Below are positions 53,801 to 61,135 of a stretch of DNA of 64,000 bases, one piece after another (within the stretch, counting starts at the first letter, position 1; every line of letters begins with the position of its first letter). The notes below the pieces were generated by a model. The model saw only the letters and a program-made list of their open reading frames with translations, did not search any database and was not told the origin of the DNA. The DNA comes from Gemmatimonadota bacterium (lineage in GTDB: Bacteria; Gemmatimonadota; Gemmatimonadetes; Longimicrobiales; Gaopeijiaceae). The translations under genes were made by a program, and so were the position numbers. The stretch lies in NCBI GenBank assembly GCA_022826565.1, contig JAJDUP010000054.1, forward strand, positions 6,636-70,635, written 5' to 3'.

Positions 53801-56800
53801 GCCGGTCGCGTCCTCCCGCAACAGGCGCTCGAATGCCAGGAAACCCTGTTCCGGCGTGAACCAGCCGGTACCGGACGCCTCGCGCCGCCCGGCGATACGT
53901 TCACGCTGCTCTTCCGCCTCGCCCAGTCCCGACCAGGCGCCCCAGGCGATGGCTTGCGCGGGGAGCCCCAGCGCACGTCGGTGCGCGGCGAGCTGATCGA
54001 GGAAGGCGTTGGCCGCCGCATGGTTTGCCTGGCCCGGATTGCCAAGGACACCGGCTACGCTGGAGAACAGGCAGAAGATGTCCAGATCGCGTTCCAGCGT
54101 CGCCCTGTGAAGGTGCCAGGCGCCCAGCATCTTCGGCCACAGAACGGTCTCGAAGCTCTGCCAGCTCTGGTTGCCGAGGGCGGCGTCCGATAGCACGCCG
54201 ACACTGTGGATCACGCCGGCGAGCGGGGGCAGCGCCGCGTCGATCCGTTCCAGCATGGAATCGACAGCGCCCGTGTCCGTCACGTCCGCGATCGCGACTT
54301 CGATCCGGAAGCCACCGGCGCGCAGCGCCTCGATCGCTTCTTCCGCCGCCGCATCCGGAGCCCTGCGACCGTTCAGCACCACCGTCCCCGCGCCGCGCTC
54401 CGCCAGCCATTCGGCGAGGGCCAGACCAATGCCGCCCAGCCCGCCGGTCACGAGGTAGGTGCCATCCCGCCGCAGCCGCCCTCCCGCGATCGGAGGCGTG
54501 GTCAACACGATCTTGCCGATATGCCGCGCCGCGCGCATGTAGCCCATCGCAGCGCTCGTTTCGGCCATGGGCCAGATGGTGTGCCTGAGCGGCGAAAGCT
54601 CCCCCGCCTCGACGCGCGCCAGCACGTCCGTCAGGGCCGCGCCCGGCCCCGCCGGATCCTGCTCCTTCAGGGTGTAGAGATCGAGGATCGAATAGGCGAC
54701 ATCGGGCCGCAGCGCGGCCATCTCGTCCTCTGTCAGGATGTCCCGCCGGGCGAGCTCCACGAAGCGGCCGCCGCCTGCGAGGCAGGCGAGGCTGGCCTCG
54801 ATGAACCCCTCGCCAGTCAGGCTGTTCAGCACGACGTCGACCCCGGCGCCCTCCGTCGCGTCCAGAATGTCCTGGCCGAAAGCCGTCGAGCGGCTGTCGA
54901 GCACGTGCTCGACGCCGATCGAGCGGAGATAGTCTCGCTTGCCCGCACTCGCCGTGGCGAACACCTCCGCGCCCGCGGCCTGGGCCAACTGGATAGCCGA
55001 GAGCCCGACTCCGCCCGCCCCTGCGTGAATCAGCACCCGGTCCCCGACCTTGAGCCCCGCAAGCTCGTAGGACAGCACGCACGTTACGAAAACCGACGGG
55101 ATCGTGGCGAGCGCCGTCGCCGACGCGTTCGGCGGCGCCAGCGCCACCAATTCATGGCGCGTGACCACCTCCGGTCCGAAGGTGCCGAACGCGAATCCGG
55201 CCACGCGGTCGCCCACCGCCACTGTGGTTACATCCGAACCGACCTCGACGATGCGGCCGCAGAATTCCTCGCCGAGCATCCCCTCGTCCTCGACCAGGCC
55301 CATGGCCCGGAACACGTCCAGGAAATTGAGCCCGCAGGCGTCGACCGCGGCGCGCACCTCTTTCGGTTCCAGAGCACGCGGCGCCAGCGGTTGCACCCGC
55401 AGTGCCTCGATCGCCCCGCCCTCGCCGGGCGCCAGCACCCAATCCGCACCCTCCGGCAGAGCAAGGCGCTCCACACCGGCGCCCGAACGAACGAGCCGGG
55501 CCGCCTGCCGGCGCCCCCGGCGATGCGCGATGTGGTTCTCCGAATCGGGAAACAGCAAATCGTGCGCGAGGACTGCATGTGGTTCCACCGCTTCGGGATC
55601 GAGATCGAGCATCCGCGGCTGCAGCTGGGGTGCTTCACGCGCCACCACCTTGCCGAAGCCCCAAAGCGGCGCGCCGGCCAGTTGCCCGGTGCGTTCCCGT
55701 TCGAAGACCTGCGCGCCCCGGGTTACGAACCACAGGCCCTTCTCGGGTACGGCATCCGCGTCGGCGATGCCCTGCACCAGCGCCAAGGCGCTGGCCGTGG
55801 CCCGTTTTGCGTCCGCCGCGATGTCCTCGGTCGTCGCCTCCGCTCCGTGACCGTCCTGCGCGACGAGATGCACCGCGCCGGCGAAGGGCACGTCGGAAGG
55901 CAGGCCTTCGATAAGTGATCGCCACGACTCGCGCCGTTCCATTTCGATCGATGCCACGACGACCCCGGCCTCACTCTCGGCCACCGCCGCCGCGACCTCA
56001 GGATCGTCGCCCGCCAGGACCACCCGCTGGTTCTGCGCGGCCAGTTCTGCCGCCAGGCCCGCCGCGATGCCGCCCCGGTCGGCCGCCACGACCCAAACGC
56101 CCTCGGGCAAGGCGATCTCCGCCGGACCCTGCGCCACGATTACCCCCCGATCCGGCAGACCGGCCACTTCCTGCAGGTCCAGGCCGAGCACATCCGATTC
56201 GGCAAACCCTGTATCCGCGAGCGCCCGACGCCACACATCGGGCCCTGCGAGGGCGTGGTTCGAGCGGTAGCGGTCGGCAAAGCGCCACCATCCGTCCAAC
56301 TGTCCGAAGATCAGATCCATCCAGCCCCTGCCGCGCTGGTTTTCAAGCGCCACCAGCAGCCCCGACGGCGCGAGGAGCGCGCGGCAGTGGGCGAGCGTCT
56401 CGTCCAGATGGCGCGTGGCGTGCAGGACGTTGGCCGCGACCACCAGGTCGTAACCGTGGGCCTCGAACCCCTGCTCGATCGGATCCTTTTCGATGTCCAG
56501 CACCCGGTAGTCGATGGAGGCATCCCCGGTGCTGAAGCGCGCTTCCGCCTCGGCGAAAAAGCCCGCGGAGATGTCGGTGTACATGTAGTCGAACCGGCCT
56601 GCAGGAAGCTCGGGCAGGATGTATTCGGTCGCCGAGCCGATCCCCGCGCCCACCTCCAGCACGCGGATCCGCCGGCTCTCCGGCAACTCGTCAACGAGCG
56701 TCCGGAACACCTCTCCCAGCATCCGGTTCGCCGCCCTCCAGACCGCCGCCCGGCGGTAGAGATCGGCAGCCGTCGGCTCCGCATCGCCGAACAGCAGCGA

Positions 56801-59800
56801 CAGCGGATCCGCATCGCCACGAAGCACCTCGGGCAGTGCGCCGGCACAGCGCCGAAACAGCCCGATCTCGTTCGTCGCGTGCGGCAGGCGCGCCGCCACG
56901 TCGGTCAGAAACACTTCGGAATCGCTCGGCATTTGATCGGGCAAGGGCTCGTCGGCTCCGATCGTTACGATGAAACCCTCGTCCTGCGCCTTCAGCACGC
57001 CCGAACGGGCCAGTACCTCGAGCACGCGACGCAGCAGGTGCCCATGCTCGGGTAGAATCTCCAGGCGCTCGCGCAACTCTTCCGGATCGACCGTGGCTCC
57101 TGCCTTGCGTTCCCACCCCAGTGTTTCCAGAGCCGACAGCGCGTAGCACCACGACACCCGCTCCATCTCCTCCTGCAGGGTGGTCTCGTCTTCGACCCGC
57201 ACCCCCTCGGCGGCCAGATACCGCGAGAATGGCAGCGAGCGAGCCGCTGCGGCCGACGGACTCGGCAGGAAATCCGCCGCCGGCATGCCCGGGGGCAGGG
57301 CGCGGTCGCGCCACACCACCTCGTAGAGCAGTTCCTCCACCCCCTCCACCGCGGGGAGCAGCGCACTCCGTGTCGCCCGCTTCACCGTGTACCCATCGAG
57401 CGTGCCGATCGGGGATCCGCCCATGTCGCAGAGGGTGATGTCCGCGCTCAGCACCTCCGGCAGCTCGGCGCTCGCACGTTCCGGCGTCTCCCGCAGGCGG
57501 ACATGGCAGAGCAGCCGGTCCGGCAGCTGTTGCGGCACCGACAGCCGCTCCCACCCGAAGGGCAGATAGGTGACGTCCTCGTCGGATCCGAACGCCTCCC
57601 GGGCCGCACCCATCACCTGAAAGCAACCGTCCAGCAGGAGTGGATGAAACGCCAACCCGCCGCCGTCGGTGGATGCCGGCAGGGAAACCTCGCCCAGTGC
57701 TTCGCCCGGCGCGGCCCAAAGCGCCGCCAATGTGCGGAATGAGGGGCCGAGATCGATCCCGACGTCAGCCTTGGCACGGTAATAGGCCGCGAGATCCACC
57801 GGCGCCAGATCGGCCCTGAGCTGTGCCAGGTCCAGCGGCGCGGCGACTTCCGACAGATCCGCACCGACCCCTGTCGGGACTCGGCCTTCCGCGTGCAGCG
57901 TCCATTCTTCGTCGCGGGCATCCCTGCTCAGTATCCGGACTCGGCGTGACCCGTCCTCTTCGGCGCGGTTCAGCAGCAGCTGAAGCCGACGACCTTCTTC
58001 CTCGCCCGGGTCCGCTTCGTCCCTCTCCGCGAAGACAAGGGCGCTCTGCATCTGGAAGTCCTCGACGACGGCCGGGCCGGGGTTCTCGGCGGTACCGGCC
58101 GATGCCGCCATGGCGCCATAGAGCGCCCCGGGCACAACCACGCGATCGAACACGCGGTGGTCGTCGAGCCATGCAGGGTCGGAGGGGAACAGCTCGGTGT
58201 CGAAGCTGATCTCGCCGCTGGCGGACTCGTGCCGGCTGCCGAGGAGCGGGTGATCGGCACTCGAGCGCCTCCGCCGGGGTGCGTCGATCCAGTGGCGGTC
58301 GCGGCGGAAGGGATAGCCCGGCACCGAGATCCTGCGCCGTGACTCGCCGGCAAAGAGCCCGTCGAACCGTACCGGCAGCCCCGCCTCGTACGCTCCAGCG
58401 ACCGCCGCGAAGAAGGCGTCTTCCGCCTCCGTCGCCGAGACATTGCGTCCGGGCCGTTTGAGGCTCGACAGCGTGACGGGCGGCGCGGGACTCCCGGGCG
58501 AATCCGGCCAGGCGAGCGTGGTCATGGGCCCGAGCACCGAGTGCGGACCGATCTCCACGACCGCGCCCACCCCCAGTTCCGCCAAGGTCCCGACGCAGGC
58601 GCGGAACGCCACCGGCGCGCGCATCTGCCGCCGCCAGTATGCCGCATCCAGCGCCTCGTCCGGACCGACCAGCCGCCCGCTGAGATTGCTGACGAATGGA
58701 AGCGACGGTTTCGCGAAGGCCAGCCGCGAAAGGGCTTCTTCCAGATCGTCCAGCGCCGGCTCGATCATGGCGCTGTGGTAGGCGGGACTCTTCCGCAGCC
58801 GCGCTACCCGAGTCCCGGCCGCCTCCAGGCGCTCGAGGATCGAGCCGACCTCGGCCGCCGGACCGCTGATGACCTGGTGCGCGCCATTGTCGGCGGCGAT
58901 ACAGAGGCCGATGCCGCGTGAGGCCGCATTGTGCTCGTCCAGCGCCTCCGCGACGAGGGCGGCCGGCGCGAACACCGCCGCCATCGCGCCTTCGCCGGGC
59001 AGGGCGCCGACCAGCTCGCCTCGCACCGCGGCCAGGCGCAAGCCGTCCTCCAGGCCGAACACGCCCGCGGTGTGCGCCGCCGCGATCTCGCCCAGGCTGT
59101 GACCCAGCACCACCTGCGGCCGGATGCCGACGCTCGACCAGAGCGCCGCAAGTGCGCATTCGAGCGCGTAGATCGCCGGCTGCTTCCACCGCGGATCGTC
59201 CAGGTCGCCCGCGGCAGCGGAACGGCCGAACATCACGTCGAGCAGCGAAGCATCACGTTCTTCCCTGAGCACTTCGTCGCACCGGTCGAGGACCGCCCGC
59301 ACCACCGCCTCACTTGCGTAGAGGCCCGCGCCCATGCCGGGCCACTGGCTGGCCTGCCCCCCGTAGGCGAACGCCACGGTCGCTGCCTTGCGAGATTCCG
59401 GCGTCTCATCCCCATCGGCGATCTTTCGCAAAGCTTCGCACAACGACTCGGCGTCGCGGAACACCACGCCGGTCCGGTGGTCGAAGTGGGTCCGTCCCAC
59501 ACTTGCCGTCCACGCCATGTCGGCGAGAGGTGGGTCACCGGCACCGTTGTCGGCAGAAGCCTTCCCGGCCCCCTCCCCGACCCAATCGAGATACCGCCGC
59601 GCCGACTCGCGCAGCGCTTCTTCGGACCTGCCGGAAAGGGGCAGGATGCGTGTCACACGGGCGGAGAGGTCTGCCGACCGCGGTGCGGTCAGTGGCCCGC
59701 CATCCGCGCTCTTCTCCGACGGCGAAACGGCGACCGGCAACGCCGGGCCGACGGGCCAACGGCGGCCGGCCGTGTGCCCATCCCCGAGAGTGCCACCGGC

Positions 59801-61111
59801 CGCCTCGTGGCCTTCCAGCAACACGTGAGCATTCGTCCCCGACCACCCGAACCCACTCACCCCCGCCCGCGGTGGTCGGCCGGCACGGAGCGGCCACTTC
59901 ATCCGGTCATCCGTCACCCGCAGGGGAATCCGATCCCAGTCTATCTGCGGGCTCGGGTTGTGGAAGTGCAGGTGCTTCGGGATCGTCCCCCGCCCGATCG
60001 AAAGGACGGCCTTGATCACGCCTGCCGCGCCCGCCGCGGCCTCCAGGTGGCCGATGTTCGTTTTCACCGACCCGATCAGGACGGGGTGGTCCGGGTCGCG
60101 ACCCCTGCCGTACGCCGCCGCCGTGGCGCGCGCCTCGATGGGGTCCCCGACTTCCGTTCCCGTCCCGTGCGCCTCCACGTAGTCCACATCGGAGGGCCGG
60201 AGCCCGGCCCGCAGAAGCGCGTCCTCGATGCACCGTTCCTGCGCCTCCTGGCTCGGCACCGTCAGGCCCGGGGTCGCGCCGTCCTGGTTCACAGCGGTGC
60301 TGCGGATCACGGCCCAGATACGGTCGCCGTCCGCCTCGGCCTCGCTCAGCCGCTTCAGGACCAGGATGCCGCACCCCTCCCCTCGCACGTAGCCGTTCGC
60401 ACCTGCGTCGAAGGTGGCGCACCGTCCATCCGGCGACAGCATCCCGGCGTTCGCGCGCATCTCGAAGAGTTGGGCCGACAGGATCACATGAACGCCTCCC
60501 GCCAGCGCCATGTCCGCCTCTCGCCGCTGCAGCCCGGACACCGCCTGGTGGATCGCCACCAGCGATGAGGAGCATGCGGTGTCGAGGGCCATCGCCGGCC
60601 CGTTCAGCCCCAGGGCGAAGGCAACCCGTCCGATGGCGGTGTTGAAGGACGTGCCCGTTACCGAGTAGAGGCTTGCGGCCGGCTCCGTCGGCCGTCCCGC
60701 GTCGAGGACCAGCGCCCGGTAGTCGTAGTTGCTGATGCCCGCGTACACACCCGTGCGGCTGCCCTTCAGCCGATCGGGATCGATCCCGGCATCCTCGAGC
60801 GCCTGCCAGCTCGTCTCGAGCATCATGCGCTGCTGTGGATCCAGCCGCTGGGCCTCGACCGGGGAGATGCGGAAAAACGAGGCGTCGAATTCGTCAAGCC
60901 GGTCGAGGAAGCCGGCGTACCGGCAGCCCCTGGCGACCTTCTCGTCGGAAAAGAGCTGTCCCGCGCGCCCGACTCCGGATCCCGGAACCCCCTCGGTGAC
61001 GGCGTTTACGCCGGCTTCGAGCAGATCCCAGAACTCGGGGACACCGGGTGCCCCGGGGAAACGGCAGGCCATGCCGACAATCGCGATGGGCTCCGCGTCA
61101 TGGCGGGACAT
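50825..61111 (-). CDS. type I polyketide synthase, two modules: KS-AT-DH-cMT-ER-KR-ACP-KS-AT(degraded)
   Basis: AAGGAGGTGA 5 nt before ATG 61111 (the track uses GTG 61129). Approximate domain spans on the + strand follow. KS1 59810-61093 (DTACSSS, EAHGTGT, NIGHLE). AT1 58415-59377 (GHSLGE). DH 57380-58258 (HRVFDRVVVP, LPFGW, LDGCFQ). cMT 56210-56812 (VLEVGAGIGS). ER 54500-55462 (LIHAGAGGVG). KR 53900-54460 (YLVTGGLGGIG). ACP 53420-53647 (FFDLGMDSL). KS2 52040-53305 (NCAASLVA, EAHGGGS, NIGHLE). AT remnant 50828-51610. Confidence 0.95.
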   Translation of the reverse strand: MSRHDAEPIAIVGMACRFPGAPGVPEFWDLLEAGVNAVTEGVPGSGVGRAGQLFSDEKVARGCRYAGFLDRLDEFDASFFRISPVEAQRLDPQQRMMLETSWQALEDAGIDPDRLKGSRTGVYAGISNYDYRALVLDAGRPTEPAASLYSVTGTSFNTAIGRVAFALGLNGPAMALDTACSSSLVAIHQAVSGLQRREADMALAGGVHVILSAQLFEMRANAGMLSPDGRCATFDAGANGYVRGEGCGILVLKRLSEAEADGDRIWAVIRSTAVNQDGATPGLTVPSQEAQERCIEDALLRAGLRPSDVDYVEAHGTGTEVGDPIEARATAAAYGRGRDPDHPVLIGSVKTNIGHLEAAAGAAGVIKAVLSIGRGTIPKHLHFHNPSPQIDWDRIPLRVTDDRMKWPLRAGRPPRAGVSGFGWSGTNAHVLLEGHEAAGGTLGDGHTAGRRWPVGPALPVAVSPSEKSADGGPLTAPRSADLSARVTRILPLSGRSEEALRESARRYLDWVGEGAGKASADNGAGDPPLADMAWTASVGRTHFDHRTGVVFRDAESLCEALRKIADGDETPESRKAATVAFAYGGQASQWPGMGAGLYASEAVVRAVLDRCDEVLREERDASLLDVMFGRSAAAGDLDDPRWKQPAIYALECALAALWSSVGIRPQVVLGHSLGEIAAAHTAGVFGLEDGLRLAAVRGELVGALPGEGAMAAVFAPAALVAEALDEHNAASRGIGLCIAADNGAHQVISGPAAEVGSILERLEAAGTRVARLRKSPAYHSAMIEPALDDLEEALSRLAFAKPSLPFVSNLSGRLVGPDEALDAAYWRRQMRAPVAFRACVGTLAELGVGAVVEIGPHSVLGPMTTLAWPDSPGSPAPPVTLSSLKRPGRNVSATEAEDAFFAAVAGAYEAGLPVRFDGLFAGESRRRISVPGYPFRRDRHWIDAPRRRRSSADHPLLGSRHESASGEISFDTELFPSDPAWLDDHRVFDRVVVPGALYGAMAASAGTAENPGPAVVEDFQMQSALVFAERDEADPGEEEGRRLQLLLNRAEEDGSRRVRILSRDARDEEWTLHAEGRVPTGVGADLSEVAAPLDLAQLRADLAPVDLAAYYRAKADVGIDLGPSFRTLAALWAAPGEALGEVSLPASTDGGGLAFHPLLLDGCFQVMGAAREAFGSDEDVTYLPFGWERLSVPQQLPDRLLCHVRLRETPERASAELPEVLSADITLCDMGGSPIGTLDGYTVKRATRSALLPAVEGVEELLYEVVWRDRALPPGMPAADFLPSPSAAAARSLPFSRYLAAEGVRVEDETTLQEEMERVSWCYALSALETLGWERKAGATVDPEELRERLEILPEHGHLLRRVLEVLARSGVLKAQDEGFIVTIGADEPLPDQMPSDSEVFLTDVAARLPHATNEIGLFRRCAGALPEVLRGDADPLSLLFGDAEPTAADLYRRAAVWRAANRMLGEVFRTLVDELPESRRIRVLEVGAGIGSATEYILPELPAGRFDYMYTDISAGFFAEAEARFSTGDASIDYRVLDIEKDPIEQGFEAHGYDLVVAANVLHATRHLDETLAHCRALLAPSGLLVALENQRGRGWMDLIFGQLDGWWRFADRYRSNHALAGPDVWRRALADTGFAESDVLGLDLQEVAGLPDRGVIVAQGPAEIALPEGVWVVAADRGGIAAGLAAELAAQNQRVVLAGDDPEVAAAVAESEAGVVVASIEMERRESWRSLIEGLPSDVPFAGAVHLVAQDGHGAEATTEDIAADAKRATASALALVQGIADADAVPEKGLWFVTRGAQVFERERTGQLAGAPLWGFGKVVAREAPQLQPRMLDLDPEAVEPHAVLAHDLLFPDSENHIAHRRGRRQAARLVRSGAGVERLALPEGADWVLAPGEGGAIEALRVQPLAPRALEPKEVRAAVDACGLNFLDVFRAMGLVEDEGMLGEEFCGRIVEVGSDVTTVAVGDRVAGFAFGTFGPEVVTRHELVALAPPNASATALATIPSVFVTCVLSYELAGLKVGDRVLIHAGAGGVGLSAIQLAQAAGAEVFATASAGKRDYLRSIGVEHVLDSRSTAFGQDILDATEGAGVDVVLNSLTGEGFIEASLACLAGGGRFVELARRDILTEDEMAALRPDVAYSILDLYTLKEQDPAGPGAALTDVLARVEAGELSPLRHTIWPMAETSAAMGYMRAARHIGKIVLTTPPIAGGRLRRDGTYLVTGGLGGIGLALAEWLAERGAGTVVLNGRRAPDAAAEEAIEALRAGGFRIEVAIADVTDTGAVDSMLERIDAALPPLAGVIHSVGVLSDAALGNQSWQSFETVLWPKMLGAWHLHRATLERDLDIFCLFSSVAGVLGNPGQANHAAANAFLDQLAAHRRALGLPAQAIAWGAWSGLGEAEEQRERIAGRREASGTGWFTPEQGFLAFERLLREDATGAVVAAVDWPVLGESLEDRPPLLEELLIVDADDDGASSSDDLLALLAATLPAERESRLVSFLQGEVQAVLRLPSAPAPAVGFFDLGMDSLMAVELRNRLNRAFSETYAAPNTLVFDYPTITDLAGHLVDALGDAESVADSAPIPEPTPAPEPTAEPTAPAALTRKDDGIAIVGMACRFPGAPDLQTFWRQLEAGRDAVTHGRQDGGAWAGIAGDPETGANAWGQGGFVEGIDRFDARFFGMTPIGTRLMDPQQRLLLETSWRALEDAGIDPERLRGSSTGVYAGVATSEYRDLMMLAGGQDLNYLGTASSMALGGVAFKLGIMGPTMPVVLNCAASLVAVHHAVAALRQGEVDLALVGGVNAVFSLGLTREMVELGMLSSEGRCKTFDTSADGAVRSEGCGMIVLKRLHEAEADGDRIWGVVRGTAVNQNGATAGPTVPNGRAQQRVIRDALDRAGVAPGEVDYLEAHGGGSTLGDPIEVQAAAAVYGEGREADRPLLIGSVKTNIGHLESAAGIAGLIKIMLSMKHGVIPKHLHFRNPNEHVDWNALPVQVTSEATRWPGHADRTPLAGVSAFGISGTNAHVVVEGYGPIHDPSQTSGNSGQPAGSPRTIDIAMPGPLTKLSPPSGPFDPRTARVLPISGKSDQALRELAGRYLAWLDTHGHDLQAERDSVDSLLSDMAWTASVGRDHFTHRAALAFRDADSLREQLHAISTGDRAATSATARAVAATPKVAFSYAGEGNARAKTAKHLYRTEPVVRAVLDRCDRVLRDELGGVPLLDVTLDQSGASADEDDPAWREPAAFALECALTALWASVGIRPQVVSGRGISALSAAWSAGVFGLEDGLRLAAARSVDSVEAPFPEIEFSLPSLSIVNPGTGRVRSPTEILDAAYWQGQLRPLEAPRRPTAQALAALDVDLVLEISPGSGSGPIPLNDWPNGTEHAADTFEEWVAEAYTEGLPVSFAGLFAGEARRRISVPGYPFQRKRYWFEPLR

Positions 61112-61135
61112 TGTCACCTCCTTCGCCACAGGCCG

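Noticed and set aside
52280-60568. Several 400-570-aa + strand ORFs (52280-53590, 54206-55918, 58931-60568 and others)
   Set aside because: All lie antisense within the PKS gene, whose frame carries a complete set of catalytic motifs. Their composition is typical of GC-driven open frames.
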